DNA of 63,899 nucleotides, filler included, from Octopus bimaculoides (lineage: Eukaryota): NCBI RefSeq assembly GCF_001194135.2. It is 10 parts of 8 records of this genome, joined end to end, with 100 filler letters (N's around TTAATTAATTAA, not from the genome) between each part and the next. Parts side by side here need not be neighbours in the genome. Positions count along the whole stretch, not along the records: positions 1 to 16,402 come from NC_069005.1; 9 more parts are not named here. The stretch is one strand, 5' to 3'. Below are positions 1 through 8,866 of the stretch, piece after piece. The notes beneath the pieces were generated by a model. That model did not search any database. It had not been told where the DNA came from and worked only from the letters and a program-made list of their open reading frames with translations. Numbering within the stretch: position 1 is the first letter of the stretch; every line of letters begins with the position of its first letter. The position numbers and the translations under genes were made by a program.

Positions 1-260
1 TCTCGCTCTCTCTCCCCTCTCTTTCTCTTTCTTTCACTCTCTCCCCCCCTCTCTCTCTCTCTCTTCCTATCACTCTCCGTCTTTCTTCTCCCCTTCTCTC
101 TCTCTCCCTCTCTCTCTCTCTCTCCCTCTCTCTCTCTCTCTTTATCTAGATAGGTAGATAGATACACATACACATGCATGTATTAGTATGATAGATAGAT
201 AGATACATACATACATACATACATACATACATACATACATACATACGCACATACATACAT

Positions 261-291
<31 letters not shown>

Positions 292-410
292 CAGACAGAC
301 TGACAATCAGACAGACAAACACACAGACAAACTGACAGACAGACAGGCACACAGACAGACAGACAGACAGGCAGACAGATAGATAGATAGATAGATAGAT
401 ATTTAAATGC
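1..410. repeat. Compound microsatellite block: (CT)n, (TAGA)n, (TACA)n, (GA)n, (GACA)n
   Basis: Simple repeats read directly from the sequence. Confidence 0.95.
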
Positions 411-569
411 ACATACGTATGTATCTATGTTCTGATATGTGACGTCTGCTTCTGTGATTTTGATATGTATATGGCTAAGCTTTTGTTTTAGATTCGGTCA
501 CAGATATTTATGATGTGTATGCACGTGCGTTGGGGAGAAAGTGTGTGTGTGTGTGTGCGTGTATGTTTG

Positions 570-606
<37 letters not shown>

Positions 607-607
<1 letters not shown>

Positions 608-724
608 TAACCCTGGACTCCAACTCTAATCTCTAACCCTAACCCTAACCCTAACCCTAACCCTAACTTCAACCCTAATCATAATCTCAACACTCGCCCT
701 AAACCCTAACCCTAATCCTAAACC
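607..724 (-). repeat. Interstitial telomere-type (TTAGGG)n tract, partly degenerate
   Basis: Five perfect CCCTAA units at 637-666 flanked by degenerate units (ctctaa, cctaat, ccctaaa). Confidence 0.85.
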
Positions 725-1139
725 AAATCAGCGTGAACTACGGATGCTGCGGTAGATCGCACGCTAATGTAGCACCAATATATTTTCATCAGGACTAGGA
801 TTAAGAGGTAATTACAAATTCCAGGGGAAATATATATCACTGAATATATAGCAGTAATTAATGACCTTGGGGTAATCAGTTAGTCTACATCAGAGACAGA
901 AGACAAACCGGAATAGGGCGGTATGGAAAGCAACTGATCGTTCTACCGTGCGTAACTTCTAAGAGGTAACGCTTAAGCAGAAAAAGATAAAGAGATAAAG
1001 TCCTGCCATAGATGTAAGTTTGGCTTCTTGAGTGATGGTATAGTTTGATTAACTTTATTCCACTAAATATCATGTCTGTCTTAAAATAGATACGATTGAA
1101 GTTGACAAATCTGGCAAATTTTTAACAACTGGACACATA

Positions 1140-1211
1140 GCCGTGATCGTCTAGTGGTTAGGACCCCACGTTGTGGCCGTGGTAACCCAGGTTCGAATCC
1201 TGGTCACGGCA
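1140..1211 (+). tRNA. tRNA-His (GUG), copy 1
   Basis: 72-nt cloverleaf GCCGTGA...TCACGGCA, anticodon loop TTGTGGC, T-loop TTCGAAT, T-rich terminator downstream. Confidence 0.97.
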
Positions 1212-1489
1212 GTCCAGTTCATTTTTGTTTTATGTTATTTCACATATCTTTCATTGAGATTTCGTACCCTGAAATGATTCTTCACCATTTCTTATGTTTT
1301 TGTCGGTCAATCTCTGTTCAACAAGATCTTCCTATGGCTTCGTTACCGAGCATTATCTTCGTAATTTTCGCTATTATTTACCAAACACCACATTACGACA
1401 ACCTCAAACTATAAGGAAGCCAAGGGCCAGCAAGAAGGAAACGAATGGTAGTAACTTCCTGTCTGCTGCACAGTTGGGAAGGAAAACAA

Positions 1490-2647
1490 AATTATATCTG
1501 TCCTGTGATGTTTATCAATGAAAGCCGGACGCCAAAACTGTCTTTGCTCTCGAGTGCCGAGAACCTTTATTGGGTAAAGGCGCAGAGTAATCTCGCCCAG
1601 ATATCCTTGATTCTGAGTGATACCCATAAAACATTGTCCAGGTTAAAAACCACGAACTTTCATACGTTGTGAAGCTAGCTGAGGAATTCCCAACTAATAG
1701 ATGTGCAAGGTTATCTGAAAGTCTCTTGATTGCCAACAAGTCTCGATAAAAGAAGCTGATAGATTTTGCTTACTTGGTTGACAAAAAGAACAAGAGAAGT
1801 TGGTGCTACAAAAACATAGTTCCTAGAATGGCAACCTACATATCATACTAAATATATATACACTGGCGATACAATACAGTGAATACACAAAAAAGAGAGA
1901 CAACCAACATATTTATTTACCAAAAAGTTATCAAAGAAGGTAACGTTAGGAATAAAATAGTTATATCACACCCAGCATGCACACATATCCGAATCTCACA
2001 AACTAAACAGCAAAAATGGTTAGTGAGATTTGTGAAACTGGTGTTTAGCTTGTAGTGACGCGAAATTATAGCCGCCATTGAGGAAGTACTATCTGCACAT
2101 GCACAAAGGACTTGCCTTTCCGGAAGCCCCTCGAGTGCGCATGCGTAGTAAAACTAGTACTTAAAGAGTTTGTTTCACTTTCTAAGCCTCTTGAGCACGA
2201 CACCTTCGACGTGACAACACCTTGCGAAGCACTCTTCACCACGATGCCATCGATGTGATAGCTACTCGCTCCTCTGGTAGGCATCAAGGAAGCTCTTAAC
2301 CTTCCAATACCAATTACAAGTTAATCAGCGCCTGCTAAGCTGAATGACACGGGATTTGTAAAACCAAGCATCATCAAAAAATAAAACTTATTTTTATTAT
2401 GTTGTTAATTGTTCTACTGTTTCTTCATATATAATTTTGTTGAAAGGTGATAGAGAGAGGCTAATGTCTCTATTGCAACTATCAACCTTTTACAAGCTTT
2501 GAAGATATCATCAATATTTGCTTTGGAATTGCTGCATTCAATCATGATGCTCATCAATCAAACTCGCTCGATGTGCTGCCTCACATACTTCAGTTTTGAA
2601 AATGCTTTCTCAAAGACATAAGTTGTTCCAAACACTGATGCCATCAG
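1490..2647 (+). mobile_element. Degenerate Penelope-like retroelement remnant (possible GIY-YIG end plus N-terminal ORF start)
   Basis: Frameshifted traces only (TFIG*RRR, RLSESLLI, SSIKLARCAASH..LKC) that resemble Penelope-like ORFs; no intact frame. Confidence 0.3.
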
Positions 2648-3341
2648 NNNNNNNNNNNNNNNNNNNNNNNNNNNNNNNNNNNNNNNNNNNNNNNNNNNNN
2701 NNNNNNNNNNNNNNNNNNNNNNNNNNNNNNNNNNNNNNNNNNNNNNNNNNNNNNNNNNNNNNNNNNNNNNNNNNNNNNNNNNNNNNNNNNNNNNNNNNNN
2801 NNNNNNNNNNNNNNNNNNNNNNNNNNNNNNNNNNNNNNNNNNNNNNNNNNNNNNNNNNNNNNNNNNNNNNNNNNNNNNNNNNNNNNNNNNNNNNNNNNNN
2901 NNNNNNNNNNNNNNNNNNNNNNNNNNNNNNNNNNNNNNNNNNNNNNNNNNNNNNNNNNNNNNNNNNNNNNNNNNNNNNNNNNNNNNNNNNNNNNNNNNNN
3001 NNNNNNNNNNNNNNNNNNNNNNNNNNNNNNNNNNNNNNNNNNNNNNNNNNNNNNNNNNNNNNNNNNNNNNNNNNNNNNNNNNNNNNNNNNNNNNNNNNNN
3101 NNNNNNNNNNNNNNNNNNNNNNNNNNNNNNNNNNNNNNNNNNNNNNNNNNNNNNNNNNNNNNNNNNNNNNNNNNNNNNNNNNNNNNNNNNNNNNNNNNNN
3201 NNNNNNNNNNNNNNNNNNNNNNNNNNNNNNNNNNNNNNNNNNNNNNNNNNNNNNNNNNNNNNNNNNNNNNNNNNNNNNNNNAAATTCGTTCCTTATTATT
3301 AAGGCAATAAAATTAAAAATCCCGAAAAGTAAAAGTTGGAC

Positions 3342-3413
3342 TGCCGTGACCAGGATTCGAACCTGGGTTACCACGGCCACAACGTGGGGTCCTAACCACT
3401 AGACGATCACGGC
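3342..3413 (-). tRNA. tRNA-His (GUG), copy 2
   Basis: Exact reverse complement of copy 1. Confidence 0.97.
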
Positions 3414-3527
3414 TACCTGTCCAGCTGCCATGCGTGTGCCAGATTAGTCAACTTCAACTGCATCTTCAAGATATGTGATATCGTTTAGTGAGCAAATTTG
3501 ATCAACTTATGTCATTTTGGAATAATA

Positions 3528-3755
3528 TTGGGTTGTCCGGAAAGTTTGTGCCGATTTGTAAAGGAAAGAAAAGGGTCAATAAATACTTGCCATTACATTT
3601 TTAACCAACCAAATATGAACCCTTTTGTTGCACAATGCGTCTCCATCTTTCCTTTAACTTGAAAATACCCTCTTCCCAGAAATGAGGTGATTTCATGGCA
3701 AATCAGTCGAAAGGTAAGCTACTATATATCGGCACGAACTTTCCGGACAACTCAA
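3528..3755 (-). mobile_element. Non-autonomous mariner derivative (MITE), 228 bp
   Basis: TIRs TTGGGTTGTCCGGAAAG.../...CTTTCCGGACAACTCAA, TA on both sides; minus strand keeps a mariner-type transposase C-terminus FAMKSPHFWEEGIFKLKERWRRIVQQKGSYLVG*. Second copy at 52972-53199. Confidence 0.9.
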
Positions 3756-4158
3756 TAGATGTTGATGATTGTGATGATGATGGCGACAATGACGAAGTTC
3801 GCTTCACTAATTCGTTTTCCTGAGTTCGACTCCAGTGTGCGGCTGATGGGAAAGGTAAGTTTTCTGATTTAGTCTCGGATTAACCAATGCGTTGTCAGTA
3901 AACTGTAGTTGACGGAAATAGTAGCGATATCTCTATAGGCTTCGAAAACTGAAGACTTCTTCCTAAAAATCTAGCGGTGCACCGGCCAAGATGTATACTA
4001 TTTTTTGACAATGTCAAAGACCTTTTTGGGTGGGGAAGGATTACAAATGGATTAGCCTGAGGCCTCTGTTGTACACGAAATACTATTGAAAAGAGGACCA
4101 AACTTTCATGAACATACCTAGGTAGTGAAATATTTAAAAAAGAAAGAACAAGCTGGAC

Positions 4159-4230
4159 TGCCGTGACCAGGATTCGAACCTAGGTTACCACGGCCACAAC
4201 GTGGGGTCCTAACCACTAGACGATCACGGC
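4159..4230 (-). tRNA. tRNA-His (GUG), copy 3 (T-stem C->U variant, U:G pair)
   Basis: Reverse complement of copy 1 with one change (CTAGG for CCAGG in the T stem). Confidence 0.95.
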
Positions 4231-4778
4231 CATTTGCTCAGCTGGTAAACAAGCGGCACGTTAGTCAACTTCAATTACATCTTTTTTTTTTTCATGATAG
4301 ACGCGATATCATTTGGTAAAGAAACCTGATAAACTTATATCAACATGGAAGAATAAATGTTAGCATGCTGATGATGACGATGACCATGGCGACAATGACG
4401 AAATTCGCGAGTTCGATTCCAGTGTACGGCTGCTGGACAAGTGTTTTCTGAATCAGTCTTGAGTTGACAATAACGATAAACCACAAAGATCCCTGCTTTA
4501 TAATACATTAATCGGTTTAGTAACAAAACATGGAGCGATTAGTGTTTTGTTAACTAACAGGGTCATATGAACACTAAAAGACATTATCATCATAGTCATC
4601 ATCAACATCATTATCGTCGTCATCGTCAACATCGTTATCGTCGTCGCCATCTTGATCATACTAACAGCTGTTGTTTTCAAAAAACAAGCTGGTTTCTCCA
4701 CTTGACTATAATATGACTGTGATATCAGACGTGATTGAAGTTGGTTAATTTGAAAGTGCCTTGGCAGGTGGACAAGTG

Positions 4779-4850
4779 GCCGTGATCGTCTAGTGGTTAG
4801 GACCCCACGTTGTGGCCGTGGTAACCCAGGTTCGAATCCTGGTCACGGCA
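4779..4850 (+). tRNA. tRNA-His (GUG), copy 4
   Basis: Identical to copy 1. Confidence 0.97.
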
Positions 4851-5405
4851 GTCCACCATTACCTTTTTCTTTTTGCTATTTTCTCGTAAGTCTGTTTCTC
4901 CTTTTGCCTGTATTTCTTTTTACAATAGCGACCCTTGGCAATTCCATTTGTGACCCCTCCCCACACAAAAGGTCTGTGACCTTCTCAAGAATGTTATCCG
5001 TCTTGGCTAGAAGTCCCGCTAGATTCTGAGGTAGCAAGCTTCATTCGTCGAAGCTTACAGATATATTTGGCATTGCATTCGCACGATTTCCGTCGGCCAT
5101 ATTTCACTGACAACGAGCTGGTCTAACCGAGACTAATTTAGAAAACACATGTCCTAACTGCCGCGCGCTGAGATCGAACTTGGGAATACATTCTTATGAA
5201 GTGAACTTCCTCGTTCTCGTTGTCATCGTCGTCGTCGTCGCCGTCGTTGTTGTCGTCGTCGTCATCATCATCATAGCCAATATCTGGCTTTACAAGATGG
5301 CTGCATCTGATCAGGTTTCTCCACTCAACGATATCACATGTCGGTCACAAAACAGATCCGATTGAAGCCGATAAATCTGGCACGTTTCGGGCAGCTGGAT
5401 AATTA

Positions 5406-5477
5406 GCCGTGATCGTCTAGTGGTTAGGACCCCACGTTGTGGCCGTGGTAACCCAGGTTCGAATCCTGGTCACGACA
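5406..5477 (+). tRNA. tRNA-His (GUG), copy 5 (acceptor-stem C2:A71 mismatch)
   Basis: As copy 1 but 3' end TCACGACA instead of TCACGGCA. Confidence 0.9.
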
Positions 5478-5772
5478 GTCCAATTCGAATTTCTTTTTCA
5501 TTTTTACGTTGCATCAAATATTCTTCGGTGATACTCCATCTCCTGACATGATTCCTCTTCTCTTCTGTGTCTTTGCCGGTCTTTTTCTTCCTTCAACAAG
5601 TCCTTCCATTTTTCTCCAAACTATCATTGAACGCCAGCGCAGCAGCAACAACAATAACGACAACAGGCAGAGGTAAGTAAAACCGAAGGATTTCCGGGTG
5701 AAACTCTGAAACTAAGCGGTGGGGTGGGGATAGGGAGAGCGCAAGGGTGCACCTGTTTATACATTATGTCCT

Positions 5773-5945
5773 TTATTTGTTCCAGTCATTAGAATGCGGC
5801 CATGCTGGGGCGCCGCTTTGAAGAATTTTAGTGGAACTTATCAAACTCAGTACATATGATTTTTTTTTTATAATGCCTGGTACTTATTCTATCGGTATAT
5901 TTTGCCAAACCGCTAAGTTATGCGAACGTAAACAGACCAACATTA
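5773..5945 (-). mobile_element. 3' part of tRNA-derived SINE family A
   Basis: Reverse complement of the family A tail (gcatggccgc...atgactg.aacaa; gatagaataagtac). Confidence 0.75.
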
Positions 5946-6202
5946 TCGCCCCCAACTTTCTGCAACGCCCACAAGGGGGCAGTGCCGCTCAATTTGGGAG
6001 CCACCGCTTTAAAGGGTACAACATGACTGTGGAGTACTCAGCCACTTATACATTAATTCAGGGGCAGGTTCTTCGATCGATCGAACGTCCGAATCATCGT
6101 AGACTAACGACGGAGACCCGTTATATTCGTAGTTTACAAACTAGAACTAACAGACGACCGCTCGTCATAAGAACAATAGATACGCAATATGCGTGTGTAT
6201 AC

Positions 6203-6235
<33 letters not shown>

Positions 6236-6371
6236 TGTGTGTGAGTGAGTGAGTGAGTGAGCACTGGTACCATAGATTAAATACAGTTCAAAGTTAAGTA
6301 ATCCGTTTATGTAAATAAAAGTGAATTGTAAACCATTTTATTTGAGTGAGTGTATAAATGTAGGTGAATGT

Positions 6372-6633
6372 GGGTGCATCGTGACTGTGTGGTAAGAAGC
6401 TTGCTTCCCAACAACATGGTTCCGGCTTCAGTCCCACTGCGTAGCACTTTGGGCAAGTGTCTTCTGCTATAGCCTTGGGCCGACCAAAACCTTGTGAGTA
6501 GATTTGGTAGACGGAAACTGAAAGAAGCTCGTCATATATATACACACGCACACACACACACACATATATGTAGATATTTATGTGTGTGTCTCTGTGTTTG
6601 TCCCCCTGCCATCGCTTGACAACCGATGATGGT
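6372..6633 (+). mobile_element. tRNA-derived SINE family A (runs into gap)
   Basis: A-box/B-box-like head (tgtgtggtaag...ggttccggcttcagtccc), CCTTGGGCAAGTG core, internal (TA)n/(CA)n/(TG)n; repeated many times in the window. Confidence 0.9.
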
Positions 6634-7500
6634 NNNNNNNNNNNNNNNNNNNNNNNNNNNNNNNNNNNNNNNNNNNNNNNNNNNNNNNNNNNNNNNNNNN
6701 NNNNNNNNNNNNNNNNNNNNNNNNNNNNNNNNNNNNNNNNNNNNNNNNNNNNNNNNNNNNNNNNNNNNNNNNNNNNNNNNNNNNNNNNNNNNNNNNNNNN
6801 NNNNNNNNNNNNNNNNNNNNNNNNNNNNNNNNNNNNNNNNNNNNNNNNNNNNNNNNNNNNNNNNNNNNNNNNNNNNNNNNNNNNNNNNNNNNNNNNNNNN
6901 NNNNNNNNNNNNNNNNNNNNNNNNNNNNNNNNNNNNNNNNNNNNNNNNNNNNNNNNNNNNNNNNNNNNNNNNNNNNNNNNNNNNNNNNNNNNNNNNNNNN
7001 NNNNNNNNNNNNNNNNNNNNNNNNNNNNNNNNNNNNNNNNNNNNNNNNNNNNNNNNNNNNNNNNNNNNNNNNNNNNNNNNNNNNNNNNNNNNNNNNNNNN
7101 NNNNNNNNNNNNNNNNNNNNNNNNNNNNNNNNNNNNNNNNNNNNNNNNNNNNNNNNNNNNNNNNNNNNNNNNNNNNNNNNNNNNNNNNNNNNNNNNNNNN
7201 NNNNNNNNNNNNNNNNNNNNNNNNNNNNNNNNNNNNNNNNNNNNNNNNNNNNNNNNNNNNNNNNNNNNNNNNNNNNNNNNNNNNNNNNNNNNNNNNNNNN
7301 NNNNNNNNNNNNNNNNNNNNNNNNNNNNNNNNNNNNNNNCCTTATTAACGCTCCCATATTCCTTAGCTTACGATCAATATTGGTTTCCAATATGTACAAG
7401 GCCGGCAATTTGGGGGGAGAGCGTAAGTCGATTGTATCAACCCGAGTGTTTAAATGGAGTTTGTTTTATCGTATTTGACTTCAGAACGTGGCTGTGTGGA

Positions 7501-7926
7501 GGGGCAGGTGTGACTGTGTGATAAGAAGCTTGCTTCCCAACCACATGGTTCCGGCTTCAGTCCCACTGCGTAGCACCTTGGGCAAGTGTCTTCTACTATA
7601 GCCTCGAGCCGACCAAAGCCTTGTGAGTGGATTTGGTAGACGGAAACTGAAAGAAGCTCGTCATATATATACACACGCACACACACACACACATATATGT
7701 AGATATTTATGTGTGTGTCTCTGTGTTTGTCCCCCTGCCATCGCTTGACAACCGATGATGGTGTGTTTATGTGCCCGAAACTTACCGGTTCGGCAAAAGA
7801 GGGCCAATAGAATAAGTACTAGGCTTACAAAGAATAAGTCTTTGAGGTCGATTTGTTCGACTAAAAGGCGGTGCTCCTGCATGGCCGCAGTCAAATGACT
7901 GAAACAAGTAAAAGAATAAAAGAATA
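7501..7926 (+). mobile_element. tRNA-derived SINE family A, near full length
   Basis: Same head, core and tail (aaatgactgaaacaagtaaaaga). Confidence 0.9.
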
Positions 7927-7937
7927 GATATTCATTT

Positions 7938-8075
7938 CAGCCGATCACACCAGTTGGTTTCGTACCGGCTGTTAGATAACCGGATCTTAGATAAGAGGAC
8001 GGCTATCTAAATATACATGCTCTTCTGTACAGTTATCCAAACATCATGCACGCAACCGATTGGTATGATCGGCTG
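7938..8075. repeat. Small inverted-repeat element (22-bp arms)
   Basis: CAGCCGATCACACCAGTTGGTT at 7938 vs AACCGATTGGTATGATCGGCTG ending 8075 (3 mismatches). Confidence 0.6.
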
Positions 8076-8829
8076 CTAAAATAGATCTATATTACTCTGA
8101 TTTATATATGAGTATATATAAATAGAGTGAGCTCTATTTAACAAATATACGCGTGCCAGTTTTTTTCTGACCTATGAATTGTTAGACGACTTTATGCGTT
8201 TACACACATATATATATATAGATATTTGTATATACGCATACACACGCATATAGAGACACACATCTATATTATTACATGATACGTTCCTGTGTGGTGTGAA
8301 GTGACGTTTTACAAAATTAATTACACGTATTTCAGGCGCCAGCCAGAGCAGAGCAAGAAAAGAATTCGAAATAATTCATGTCATCTCACGCAACTAATTT
8401 GGTTCATTAAGTTTTAACCAAACAAAAAGCAAAGTCGAGAAAACTTTGTTACGGTTTTTAGTCGATGTTGCTCCTGTTTTTTTTATTCAAGAGAATGTCA
8501 TTGAAAACGACGAAGAGGAATTGAATTTTTCGTAAATATTTTTCGGGGATTTTGAGAGAAAAAGAAACAATAATAATAATAAATGAGCGAACGAGATAAC
8601 AGAAGGTAAAACAAGAAAGAAGATAATTTTCTAGTATAATTGGAGTACAGAAACAGCCAGTGAGGGCCGTGGGTTCGCTTCTGGGTGAAGCTTGTCTTAC
8701 GGTAAGTCTTCTATATTTGTGTGTATATGTTTTGTGATTTTTGTTTTGTGATTTTTGTTTGTATGTGTGTGTTAGTATGTTTGTGTGTGTGTGTGTTTGT
8801 GTGTGTGATCGTATGTGCGTTTGTAAGCA

Positions 8830-8866
<37 letters not shown>

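Noticed and set aside
1154-1414. ORFs starting MVRTPRCGRG (also 4793-5029, 3380-) and MRRPGVEPG/ASAGSRTR ORFs at 49954 and 53632
   Set aside because: They are translations through tRNA genes.
8333-8707. Possible non-coding exon ending at CG|GTAAGT (8702)
   Set aside because: Only a donor consensus; no ORF or other support.
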